Source of the DNA: Planctomycetota bacterium
GTDB taxonomy: Bacteria; Planctomycetota; UBA1135; UBA2386
Length of the DNA: 64,000 nucleotides
Assembly: GCA_965223545.1 (NCBI GenBank)
Contig: OZ245006.1
Location: 3,104,001 to 3,168,000 of the forward strand
Direction: 5' to 3'
Below are positions 27,974 through 37,514 of the stretch, piece by piece (positions within the stretch are counted from its first letter, which is position 1; the number at the start of each line of letters is the position of its first letter). The notes under the pieces are model-generated. The model did no database searches, was not told the origin of the DNA, and saw nothing but the letters and a program-made list of their open reading frames with translations. The position numbers and the translations under genes were made by a program.

Positions 27974-28857
27974 CCGAGGCGCGACTCCCCGAATCCGCGG
28001 CGCAGCGCGACGCGTGAGATCTGGTCCGACAACAGCCCCACCGCGAGGACCAGCAGCGCGCCGAGCAGCCCGAGCAACGCCGACTCGGAGAAGTCGCCCA
28101 CCCACAGGTCGTAGACCAGCTTGCAGAAGCCGATGCCGAACAGCATTGCGGCGAGCGGCACGAACACTTTGAGGGGGTTGAAGTAGACGATGGACCGCAA
28201 CACTAGGAACAGGATGTCGAACGCGTGCAGGGGCCGCATCTTCGACTGTCCGATCCTGGGCCGGTAGTTGATCGACTCGTAGCGCACCAACGCATCCGTG
28301 CACACCGCGGCCAGAGTGATCGTCGTGGTGAACGAGAAGCCGGCGGGCAAGATGTGCTCGAATCGCAGCGGAAGGGCGCGCCGCATCACCCGCATGCCCG
28401 AGTTGAGGTCGGGAATCCGGCGCCCGGCGAGGTACGTCGCCAGCCGTTGCAGGAGCCACTTCGCCGGGCGGCGGGCAGCGGGGATCGCGACATCGCCGAG
28501 CCGCGCCCCCACCACCATGTCGTAGCCGCGCAACAACGTGTCGTACAGCTGCGGCAGCGCGCCTGCGGGGTAGGTGCCATCGGCGTCGGTGATCGCCACG
28601 ATGTCGTGCCGCGCCCGCTCGATCCCGACCTTGAGGGCCGCGCCGTAGCCCCGGTTCTCCGGCAACCGGATCACGGTCGCGCCCTCGGCGCTGGCGATCG
28701 CGGAGGTCGCGTCGGTCGATCCGTCGTCGACGACGATGATCTCGAAGGCGACCCCGTGCGCGTTCAGCGCATCCCTGACCTCGCGCACGACGGCGGCGAT
28801 GCCGCCCTCCTCATCGAGGGCGGGGATCACCACCGTCAGACCTTCTTCGACAGCCAT
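27970..28857 (-). CDS. GT2 glycosyltransferase (polyprenol-phosphate/DPM1-like) with C-terminal TM helices
   Basis: VVIPALDE, VVDDGSTD, NRGYGAA, TDADG, DLNSG and RIGQSK. Confidence 0.92.
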   Translation of the reverse strand: MAVEEGLTVVIPALDEEGGIAAVVREVRDALNAHGVAFEIIVVDDGSTDATSAIASAEGATVIRLPENRGYGAALKVGIERARHDIVAITDADGTYPAGALPQLYDTLLRGYDMVVGARLGDVAIPAARRPAKWLLQRLATYLAGRRIPDLNSGMRVMRRALPLRFEHILPAGFSFTTTITLAAVCTDALVRYESINYRPRIGQSKMRPLHAFDILFLVLRSIVYFNPLKVFVPLAAMLFGIGFCKLVYDLWVGDFSESALLGLLGALLVLAVGLLSDQISRVALRRGFGESRLG

Positions 28858-28996
28858 GGACAAGGCACAGTGCGCGGCGCGGGCGCGGGACAGTCCGCGC
28901 CATTGTGCCACGTCGGCCGCAGGTTGCGACGTCGCCATCCGACCGACCGCACCGCGCCTTCACCGCCAGCCTCAAGACCCGGGGCGCGAGGCGGCG

Positions 28997-30355
28997 ATGC
29001 CGAAGTGGAACTTCACCATGCTCGGCAACACAGCAGCTCTCGGCCACCCGCTGGCCATCTGCGCCCTCGTTCTGTTCGGCCTCGCCTACGCGCTGGTCGT
29101 GCTCGAGGACGTCATCCACCTGAAGAAGTCCAAACCGGTGATCCTCGCCGCCGGCCTGATCTGGGTGCTGACGGCACTGGTGATGGGCGAGATCCCCGGC
29201 ATCGACCTCGAAGCCAGCGTCGGCCATCACGTCAAGGACTTCGCCGAGCTGTTCCTGTTCTTGACGGTGGCGATGACGTACGTGCACGTCATCTCCGAAC
29301 ACAACGTGTTCCTCAAGCTGAACGCGTGGTTGGTGTCGATCGGCCTCGGCCTGCGCGCGGTGTTCTGGGCCACGGGTGCGCTGGCGTTCGTCCTCTCACC
29401 GGTCGCCGACAACCTTACGACCGCCTTGCTGATGGGCGCGGTCGTCGCTCAGGTCGGCCGCGGCAACCAGCGCTTCGTCGCGCTTGCCTGCACCAACGTC
29501 GTGGTCGCGGCAAACGCGGGCGGGGCGTTCTCGCCGTTCGGCGACATCACCACGCTGATGGTGTGGCAAGCCGGCATGGTGCAGACCTCCGAGTTCGGCC
29601 GACTGTTCGTCCCGGCACTGGTCAACTGGCTGGTGCCCGCTGCCTTCATGGCCTGGGCGATTCCCAACGATCCTCCGCAGCGGCTGCGCGAGGACGTGCG
29701 GCTGGTCGCCGGCTGGCAAGTCGTCATCGCGCTCTTCTTGCTCACCATCGCCACCGCGGTGCTGTTCCACGCCCAGCTCCACCTGCCGCCGTTCCTCGGC
29801 ATGATGCTCGGCCTGAGCTACCTGATGTTCTACGGCTACGCGCGGCAGTGGGCTGCGCACCGCGACCGCTCTCGGCAACCGCTCGACGTGCTCGGCAGCG
29901 TCGCGGCGGTCGAGTGGGACACGCTGCTGTTCTTCTTCGGCGTGATCATGTGCGTCGGCGGCCTCTCCGAGCTGGGCTACCTCGGCGCGGCTTCGACCTA
30001 CCTCTACGGCGAGCTGGGTCCCACCGTCGCCAACATCGGCGTCGGCGTCATCTCGGCGGTGCTCGACAACGTGCCGGTGATGTTCGCGGTGCTGGGCATG
30101 AACCCCGAGATGGGCCAGGGCGCCGAGGCCCACTACCAATGGCTCTTGGTCACCCTCACCGCCGGAGTCGGCGGATCGCTGCTGTCGGTGGGCTCGGCCG
30201 CCGGGGTGGCCCTGATGGGCGCTTCCGGCGGCGCATACACATTCGGCAGCCACCTGCGCTGCCTGCCAGTGATCGCGTTGGGCTACGCGGCGGCGATCCT
30301 GGCCCATTGGCTGCTCAACGCCCCCGCCGAAATCGCCCTGCCGCTGACCGAGTAG
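28997..30355 (+). CDS. nhaD: Na+/H+ antiporter NhaD
   Basis: LEDVIHLKKSKP, SPVADNLTTAL, AANAGGAFSPFGDITT, DNVP and GGSLLSVGSAAG. Start may be 29018. Confidence 0.92.
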   Translation: MPKWNFTMLGNTAALGHPLAICALVLFGLAYALVVLEDVIHLKKSKPVILAAGLIWVLTALVMGEIPGIDLEASVGHHVKDFAELFLFLTVAMTYVHVISEHNVFLKLNAWLVSIGLGLRAVFWATGALAFVLSPVADNLTTALLMGAVVAQVGRGNQRFVALACTNVVVAANAGGAFSPFGDITTLMVWQAGMVQTSEFGRLFVPALVNWLVPAAFMAWAIPNDPPQRLREDVRLVAGWQVVIALFLLTIATAVLFHAQLHLPPFLGMMLGLSYLMFYGYARQWAAHRDRSRQPLDVLGSVAAVEWDTLLFFFGVIMCVGGLSELGYLGAASTYLYGELGPTVANIGVGVISAVLDNVPVMFAVLGMNPEMGQGAEAHYQWLLVTLTAGVGGSLLSVGSAAGVALMGASGGAYTFGSHLRCLPVIALGYAAAILAHWLLNAPAEIALPLTE

Positions 30356-30420
30356 GGCAAAAGACGCAGAAACCGGTCGTCGCGCCGTCACGCCTCGCCC
30401 GGCTCGATGCAAGATGGGGC

Positions 30421-33400
30421 GTGCCCGCATCCGCCGCCGACGACGCGTTTGCCCGCTATCGCGCAACCCGCGAACCGGCGGCGATGGGCGATCTGTTCGA
30501 CGCGACCGCGGCCGAGCTGATGCGGGTCGCGACCCACTTGGCGCCCGATCTCGCCGCCGCCGAAGACCTGGTGCAGGCATGCTTCGTCACCGCCATCCAG
30601 GCCGCCGACCGGCATGACCCGGGCCGCCCGGTGCTGCCGTGGCTGCTCGGCATCCTCGGCAATCACGCCAAGCGACAGCAACAAACACGGGTCCGGCGGC
30701 CCGACCCGGCCCGCCTGCGCCCGCCCCTCACTCCATCCCAGGCACCCGAGGCGGCGGCGGCGCACCAGGAGCTCGAACGCGCGGTCAGCGACGCCATCGA
30801 GCAGCTGCCCGAGCGCTATCGCGCGGTGCTGCGCCTGCACCTGCGGCACGGTCTCGGACCGACCGACATCGCCATCGACCTGGGCCGCGCACCGGCGACC
30901 GTGCGCAAGCAGCTGCAGCGCGGCCTGCAGCGACTGCGCGCCGCCCTGCCCACCGGCGCGGCGCTGGCGCTTCCTGCCCTGCTGTTGTCGAGCCCGGGCC
31001 TCGCCGCCGTGCGCCGAGCGGTTCTGCAGGGTGCCCGCCTCCACCATGCAACGCCCGTCTTGCACCTCGCAACGCCCGGATTCCTGATGAAGAAGACGCT
31101 GATCGCGGCGACCGCCGTCTCGCTCGCTTGCCTGGTCCCCTTGCTTTGGTGGCGAGCTCCGGCGCCACCCGCATCGGCCGAGACCGACCGGACCGCATCA
31201 AGGTCGATGGAGACCGCGGCGCGCCCCACGGCCGAATCGCTGCCCCAGCCGGCGGCGGCGCGAACACCGAGCGCTGTCGCCTCGAGCGCCGCAGAGCGCG
31301 GCGCACTCGAGATCCTCGTGACCTGGAGCGACACCGGGTCGCCGGCGGCGGGCATCGAGGTGCGCGCGCTGCCTACGGCGCACGACACTCCCGCCCTCTT
31401 GCAACGACAGGCCCGCACCGACCCGGACGGCCGCGCCCGACTGGCAGGCCTGCCCGCCGGAACGTGGACGGTGGAGACGGATCGGGGGGCGCGGACCGAG
31501 GCGGCGACCACGGCGGGCCGCTCGACCCCGGTCCACTTGCACCTGCCACCGGCACTCACCGTGAAGGGCACCGCCGTGGACGATGACGGCCGCGGGGTGG
31601 GCGGCGCCGAGATCACGCTGTCCGACGCCGACGACTTCGCCGATACCGCCGTGGTCGCGAAGGCCGCGCCGGACGGGACCTTCCTGCTGCGCGGCGTGCC
31701 GCGGCGCAGCCTGATCAGCGCACGCGCTCCGGGACACCGATCCGCGATGGCCCTGCGGGCGTCCTCGGATGTCGATGGCACCGTCGAGCTGCGACTGGTG
31801 CTGCACCGCGGGGGGCGCGTCGTGCGCGGCCGGGTCGTCCGCCCCGACGGCACGCCGGTGGCCGGCGCTGCGGTGGTGGTCGGCTTCATCGTGGATGCAG
31901 ACCTGATCGTCCCGTTCGTTTCGCCGCGGACGCCCGCGCGGCCGCCGGTGATCACGCGGACCGACGCGCACGGCCGCTTCGCGGCGATCGGTGTGCGCAC
32001 CGACGTGACGGAGGTCGTCTGGGTCCGCGCCGACGGCTTCGCGATGTGGCGCGGCCCGGCGCCGTTGTCCGCAGAAGAGATCGTGGTCGAGCTGCAGCCC
32101 GGCGGCGACGTCGCCGGCGTGCTGCGCGGACCCGACGGCGCGCCGTGCGCAGGCGTCGACGTCACCATGTTGGCGCACGAGGCCGAAGGCGCACACGGCC
32201 TGCCCCGCTGGGCGCGGCACGCACAGCAGACGGACGCCGAGGGACGGTTTCGATTGCGGGCAGTGCCAGCCGGCACGCGACGCATCCACGCACGCGGCAG
32301 CGGGTGGCAGGCGGCTACCGCGACCCTGCAGATCACCGCCGGAGCAACGGTGCGCTGGGAGCCGCGGCTGGATCCCGCCCTGAGCCTGCGCGGCCGCGTG
32401 CGCGACACCGGCGGCGCACCGCTCATTGGCTGCGTGATACGCGCCACCGCGCCCGGCGACGGAGCGTCCGTGTCGACCGAGTCGGACTCCGAGGGTCGCT
32501 TCGCCTTTCCCGACTGCGATGACCGACGGTTCGAGCTCGCCGTGTTCGAGCCCGGTGCACCACCGACCTTCGCGATCGCCCGCGCCGAGGCCAGCCCGGG
32601 CGCAGAGGTGGAGATCCGCGTGCCGGACTCGAGCCGCGCGACGGCCTCGCTGACCGGTCGACTGTTCACCGCCGGCACGCCGGTTCCCTCGGCCGCGGTT
32701 TGCGTGTTGCCCGAGCCGTTCGCCAGCACGCACGAGACGCGCGCCGCCGGGGGAACCGGTCGTTTCGAGATCGCCAACTTGCCGCCCGGGCTCTACCGGG
32801 TCATCGTCCGCCTTCCCGAAGAGCCGGTGCAGTGGCTCGGCGAGCACCGGCTGGCGCCCGGTCAGCGCCTCGATCTCGGACCGGTCGAGCTGCACCGCCC
32901 CGGCCGGATCGGGTTGCGGGTCACCGAGTACGGCGGCACAGCGCCGAAGGAGTGCTCGTACCGGCTGCGGCCGGCGGACGGCGGCCAGGGGTTCTCCGGC
33001 CGGCTCGAGCTGGGGGAAGGCACCTCGCCACCACTGCCGCCGGGCGAGTGGGAGCTCGAGGTCTGGGGGCCGACCGTCCCACTGACCCGGCGCGTGGTCT
33101 CGGTGCAGGCGCGAAGCACCACGCATTCTGCTGTGGAAGCCGCCGCGGGCGCGCGCTGCACCTTCGAGGTCGCCTTCGTAGCGGGTGGCGAGCCGCTATT
33201 CGGCGAGGTGGTCTGGACGCGAGCCGACGGCAGCGAGCTGCGCAGAGACCATGTCTACCGGAAGAGCGCATCGCCGCTGCGTCTGGTGCGCGCATTCGCG
33301 GCAGGGACCTATTCCGTGACGGTGGACGCCGGCGAGCACGGGCGGGCGCACGCCGACTTCGCGGTCGGTGCCGATCTCACGGCACGCACCATCGCCATCG

Positions 33401-33429
33401 CGCTGGCGCCGGCTCGCCAAACCCGCTGA
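30421..33429 (+). CDS. ECF (sigma-70 family) sigma factor fused via a TM helix to carboxypeptidase-regulatory-like repeats
   Basis: Region 2 AEDLVQ..PWLLGI; region 4 LPERYRAVL..IA..LG..TV; TM segment; repeated GRV..DGTPVAGA..TDAxGRF modules. Confidence 0.88.
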   Translation: MPASAADDAFARYRATREPAAMGDLFDATAAELMRVATHLAPDLAAAEDLVQACFVTAIQAADRHDPGRPVLPWLLGILGNHAKRQQQTRVRRPDPARLRPPLTPSQAPEAAAAHQELERAVSDAIEQLPERYRAVLRLHLRHGLGPTDIAIDLGRAPATVRKQLQRGLQRLRAALPTGAALALPALLLSSPGLAAVRRAVLQGARLHHATPVLHLATPGFLMKKTLIAATAVSLACLVPLLWWRAPAPPASAETDRTASRSMETAARPTAESLPQPAAARTPSAVASSAAERGALEILVTWSDTGSPAAGIEVRALPTAHDTPALLQRQARTDPDGRARLAGLPAGTWTVETDRGARTEAATTAGRSTPVHLHLPPALTVKGTAVDDDGRGVGGAEITLSDADDFADTAVVAKAAPDGTFLLRGVPRRSLISARAPGHRSAMALRASSDVDGTVELRLVLHRGGRVVRGRVVRPDGTPVAGAAVVVGFIVDADLIVPFVSPRTPARPPVITRTDAHGRFAAIGVRTDVTEVVWVRADGFAMWRGPAPLSAEEIVVELQPGGDVAGVLRGPDGAPCAGVDVTMLAHEAEGAHGLPRWARHAQQTDAEGRFRLRAVPAGTRRIHARGSGWQAATATLQITAGATVRWEPRLDPALSLRGRVRDTGGAPLIGCVIRATAPGDGASVSTESDSEGRFAFPDCDDRRFELAVFEPGAPPTFAIARAEASPGAEVEIRVPDSSRATASLTGRLFTAGTPVPSAAVCVLPEPFASTHETRAAGGTGRFEIANLPPGLYRVIVRLPEEPVQWLGEHRLAPGQRLDLGPVELHRPGRIGLRVTEYGGTAPKECSYRLRPADGGQGFSGRLELGEGTSPPLPPGEWELEVWGPTVPLTRRVVSVQARSTTHSAVEAAAGARCTFEVAFVAGGEPLFGEVVWTRADGSELRRDHVYRKSASPLRLVRAFAAGTYSVTVDAGEHGRAHADFAVGADLTARTIAIALAPARQTR

Positions 33430-33491
33430 CCGGCGGCGCACCCGCCCTTGCCGGTTGCCGGCGCCCGCACCGGTGCGCATGCTGAGCGCCG

Positions 33492-34613
33492 ATGCGCACT
33501 CGCCCGACTCTGGCCGCGCTCGCCGCGCTCACCGCGATCCTGGCCCTGTGCGCGGGCGCCGGCTACTGGGTGGGCCGCGCGACGGTGCTGGGCCCACTGC
33601 GCGCCGCGTGCGACGCGATCGACCGCGGGCGCTCGCTCGCGGAGGTCATTCCCGCCGACCAGCGCGACGCCGTGGCGGGCGCCTACCTCGAGGACGAGCA
33701 GGCCGAGACCGCGCTGCACCACTACTCCTGGTCACCGCCGCAGGTGCCCGCACCCTTCGTCGGCCACGTGCCGGCACCGGGCGCCAGCCACAACGCGGTG
33801 ATCAACCACTTCGGCTGCCGCGACGATCGACCGATCGCCGTGCCCAAGCCCCGCGGCCGGCGCCGCGTGTTCCTGACCGGTGGCTCGACCGCCTACGGGT
33901 CCGGTGCCGCCAGTCAGGAGCGCACCATCGGCGCCCTGCTGCAAGCGATGCTGAACGACGGCGATGGCCCGACCACCGAGGTGTTCACCTTCGCCAACCC
34001 GGGGTGGGCATCCACCCACGAGCGCGTCGCCATCGAGAACCGATTGTCCGAGCTGCAGCCGGACGCGGTGGTGTCGTTGTCGGGCGCCAACGACGCGCGG
34101 TGGGCCGAGCTCGGCCGCAACACTCTCTGGCTGCGGGGCTACGGCGACGAGGGCTTTTTCGCGATCCTCAACACCGTGCGCGCGCAGCTCGGACGCCCCC
34201 CTCTGCCCGACGCCCAGGGGCTCGAACCACCCCGGCCGCCGCCGGCGGTGGTCGCGGCGCGCTTGGCCAAGAACGCGCGGCTGGCCCACCTCGCCCTCTC
34301 CATCGCCGGCGCCGAGTACGTGTTCTGCCTGCAGCCGTCGTTGCACGTCACGGGCAAGCGCGTCAGCGCGCGCGAACGGCAGTACCTGAGCGATCCCGAC
34401 ACCACGCGCTACGCCGCCGACTGCTACGCCGCGTTCCGCACAGCCCTCGGCGAGATCCGCGACCCCGCGTTCGAGTTCCTCGATCTCAGCGGCCTGTTCG
34501 ACGGCGCCGGCGCAGAGCACGAGATCTTCCTCGACTCCTGCCACTTCGGCAGTCGCGGCAACCGCGCCATCGCGGCGGCGATCCACGACGCGCTGCGCGC
34601 GCGCTGGGGGTGA
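33492..34613 (+). CDS. SGNH/GDSL hydrolase-like protein
   Basis: GGSTAYG, GAND, LQP and DSCH..GN; N-terminal anchor. Confidence 0.8.
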   Translation: MRTRPTLAALAALTAILALCAGAGYWVGRATVLGPLRAACDAIDRGRSLAEVIPADQRDAVAGAYLEDEQAETALHHYSWSPPQVPAPFVGHVPAPGASHNAVINHFGCRDDRPIAVPKPRGRRRVFLTGGSTAYGSGAASQERTIGALLQAMLNDGDGPTTEVFTFANPGWASTHERVAIENRLSELQPDAVVSLSGANDARWAELGRNTLWLRGYGDEGFFAILNTVRAQLGRPPLPDAQGLEPPRPPPAVVAARLAKNARLAHLALSIAGAEYVFCLQPSLHVTGKRVSARERQYLSDPDTTRYAADCYAAFRTALGEIRDPAFEFLDLSGLFDGAGAEHEIFLDSCHFGSRGNRAIAAAIHDALRARWG

Positions 34614-34669
34614 TCCCGCAGCGCCGGCCCTGTTGCTGGCTGCCGCCCCGATGGCGTACGCTTCGGGTG

Positions 34670-37510
34670 ATGGCGCGCGTTCACGGCCCGATCCTGGCGA
34701 TTCTCTGCGCGGGCACCGTCACGGCTCAAGAGGCGGACCAAGCCGCGGGGCACTGGGCCTTCGCGCCGCCCCAACGGCCGGTGCCACCGGCAACCGCTGC
34801 GCCCGACTGGGGGCCACACCCGATCGACGCATTCGTCCTCGAGCGCCTGCGGACCGAGCAGCTCACGCCCTCGCCGCGCGCGGATCGCGCGACGCTGGCG
34901 CGACGACTGTCGCTGGCCCTGACCGGTCTGCCACCGCAGCCGGAGCAGGTCGACGCGCTGGTCGATGACGCCGCTTCTACGCGTGCGGCGGTCGAAAGCT
35001 ACGTCGACCGCCTGCTCGCGTCGGAACGCTACGGCGAGCACATGGCCCGCTGGTGGCTCGACCTGGCACGCTACGCCGACACCGACGGCTACCACATCGA
35101 CGGCCACCGCGACATGACGGTCTGGCGCGATTGGGTGATCGACGCGTTCAACCGCGACCAGCCGTTCGATCGCTTCGCGGTAGAGCAGCTCGCCGGCGAC
35201 CTGCTGCCGCAGCGCACGATCCCACAGTGGATCGCGACCGGCTTCAACCGCAACCACATGACCAACATCGAAGGCGGCGCGGACCCCGAGGAGTACTCGG
35301 TTCGCTACGTCGTCGACCGCGTCAACACCACGGCCACGGTGTTCTTGGGGTTGACGGTCAAGTGCGCGGAGTGCCACGACCACAAGTCCGACCCGATCAG
35401 CCAAGAGGAGTACTACCGGCTCTACGCCCTGTTCAACAACGTGCCGGAGTCCGGGCTCGACGGCTACTACGGCAACGCCGCGCCCTTCATTCCGGTGCCC
35501 GACGCAGCGCAGACCGCGCAGCTCGGCGAAATCCACCGACGGATGGCCGAACAGCAGCAGGCGCTGCTCGCGATCGAAGACGAGCTGAACGAGGAGCAGC
35601 GGGCATGGCAAGCCGACGTGGCGTCGCGGCCCATCGACTCCGAGGTCCGCGAGGGCCTCTTGTTGCACCTGCCGCTCGAGGGCGACGTCTCGGCGAACGT
35701 GCGTGGCGCCGACGAGGTGCGGCCGCTGCCCGGAGCGTTGGGCAACGCGGTCCGCCTACCCGGCAACGGCACTCACCTCGAGTATGCCGAGCACATCGAT
35801 GCGGTCGATTTCGAGCGCGATCGCGCGTTCTCGATCGCCGCCTGGGTCCGGCCCACCAGCGGCGGCGCGGTCGTCAGCCGGATGACGGACGGGATGGGCG
35901 GCCGGGGCTTCGAGCTCGGCGCGACCAACCGTCGCCTGGCGTTGGTGCTCGCCCACCGTGCGCCGCACGACATGCTTCGCGTCGAGGCGACCACCCCGCT
36001 GCGGCTGGATGAGTGGGTCCACATCTGCGGCACGTACGACGGCTCCGGTCGCGCCAGTGGCCTCCGCCTCTACGTCGACGGGCGTCCCGCTGCCACGACC
36101 GTCGCGGCCGACGCCCTCACCGGCACGATCCGCAACCGCCAACCCCTGCGCATCGGCCGCCGCGAGACCGAGCTGCCGTACTCCGGGTGGATCGACGACG
36201 TGCGCGTCTACGACGGAGCACTCGCCGCCGAGGCGGTTGCGCGGCTGGCGATGCAGCGCGTGGCTGCCGCGCTCTCGGTACCAGCCGGCGAACGGTCGGA
36301 ACGGGACGCGACGGTCCTGCGCGACTACTTTCGCCGCTACGTTTCGCCGACGTCGCGGGCGATCGCGGCACACCTGACCGCCCTCAAGGCCGAGCAGGAC
36401 GCGCTGATGGCGGAGGTGTCGACCTGCATGGTGATGGCGGAGCTGCCCGAGCCCCGGCCGAGCCACGTCCTGCTGCGCGGCGACTACCGCAGTCCCGGCA
36501 AACGCGTCACCCCCGGGGTGCCGGCCGTGCTGCCGCCGCTGCCGGCGGGCGCCAGCGCCGACCGGCTGACGTTCGCGCGATGGTTGGTGCAAGACGACCA
36601 CCCGCTGACCGCCAGGGTGTTGGTCAACCGGCTCTGGCAGTGGATGTTCGGCCGCGGCCTGGTGAGCACCAGCGGTGACTTCGGCGTGCTGGGCGCGCGG
36701 CCGAGCCACCCCCAGCTGCTCGACTGGCTGGCCACCGAGATGGTGCGCTCGGGCTGGAGCGTCAAGCGCATGCTGCGGCTGGTCGCCACGTCGGCGACGT
36801 TTACCCAGACCGGTCTCGTCACCGACGAGCTGCTGCGGCGCGACCCGGACAATGCGCTGTTGGCGCGCAGCCCACGACCGAGGCTCGGCGCCGAAGCGAT
36901 CCGCGACAACGCGCTGGCGATCGCCGGCCTTCTCGATGCTCGCATCGGGGGGGCCAGCGTGAGGCCGTTTCAACCACCCGGTCTCTGGGAGGAAGTCGCG
37001 TTCGGCGGCAACTACCCGAGCCAGACCTACGAGCAGAGCGCGGGCGCCGATCTGTATCGCCGCGGCCTCTACGTCTACTGGAAGCGCTCGGCGCCGTACG
37101 CCTCGTTTCGCGTCTTCGACGCACCGACGCGCGAGCTGTGCGAGACCGAGCGACCGGTGACGAACACCCCGCTGCAGGCGTTGACGCTGCTCAACGATCC
37201 GGTCTACACCGAGTGCGCGCGCGGCCTGGCGGCGCGGCTCTGGGCCGCGGATGGCGACGACCGGGCGCGCCTCCGCCACGGCCTGCGGCTCTGCGTCGCC
37301 CGCCAGCCGAGGCCGGGCGAGATCGACGCACTGCAAGCCCTGCTGGATGCCGAGCGCCAGCGTTTCGCGCAGCACACCGCGGCGGCGACCGAGCTGCTCA
37401 GCACGGGCGCGCTGGCGCTGCCACCGCAAGCCCCCGCCCCCGAGCTGGCGGCCTGGACCACGGTCGGCAGTGCCCTCCTCAACCTCAGCGAGACCATCAC
37501 GCGCCCTTGA
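34670..37510 (+). CDS. DUF1549/DUF1553 (PSCyt2/PSD1) protein with inserted LamG-like domain
   Basis: HWAF, WLDLARYADT, CAECHDHK, LamG-like WVHICGTYDGS..IDDVRVY, PSHPQLLDWLA and TPLQALTLLN. Confidence 0.92.
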   Translation: MARVHGPILAILCAGTVTAQEADQAAGHWAFAPPQRPVPPATAAPDWGPHPIDAFVLERLRTEQLTPSPRADRATLARRLSLALTGLPPQPEQVDALVDDAASTRAAVESYVDRLLASERYGEHMARWWLDLARYADTDGYHIDGHRDMTVWRDWVIDAFNRDQPFDRFAVEQLAGDLLPQRTIPQWIATGFNRNHMTNIEGGADPEEYSVRYVVDRVNTTATVFLGLTVKCAECHDHKSDPISQEEYYRLYALFNNVPESGLDGYYGNAAPFIPVPDAAQTAQLGEIHRRMAEQQQALLAIEDELNEEQRAWQADVASRPIDSEVREGLLLHLPLEGDVSANVRGADEVRPLPGALGNAVRLPGNGTHLEYAEHIDAVDFERDRAFSIAAWVRPTSGGAVVSRMTDGMGGRGFELGATNRRLALVLAHRAPHDMLRVEATTPLRLDEWVHICGTYDGSGRASGLRLYVDGRPAATTVAADALTGTIRNRQPLRIGRRETELPYSGWIDDVRVYDGALAAEAVARLAMQRVAAALSVPAGERSERDATVLRDYFRRYVSPTSRAIAAHLTALKAEQDALMAEVSTCMVMAELPEPRPSHVLLRGDYRSPGKRVTPGVPAVLPPLPAGASADRLTFARWLVQDDHPLTARVLVNRLWQWMFGRGLVSTSGDFGVLGARPSHPQLLDWLATEMVRSGWSVKRMLRLVATSATFTQTGLVTDELLRRDPDNALLARSPRPRLGAEAIRDNALAIAGLLDARIGGASVRPFQPPGLWEEVAFGGNYPSQTYEQSAGADLYRRGLYVYWKRSAPYASFRVFDAPTRELCETERPVTNTPLQALTLLNDPVYTECARGLAARLWAADGDDRARLRHGLRLCVARQPRPGEIDALQALLDAERQRFAQHTAAATELLSTGALALPPQAPAPELAAWTTVGSALLNLSETITRP

Positions 37511-37514
37511 GGTC

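Noticed and set aside
28225..30420. Apparent N-terminal extension making a 1734-aa ECF protein
   Set aside because: It overlaps the GT2 gene (antisense) and nhaD (other frame); sigma homology starts near 30421.
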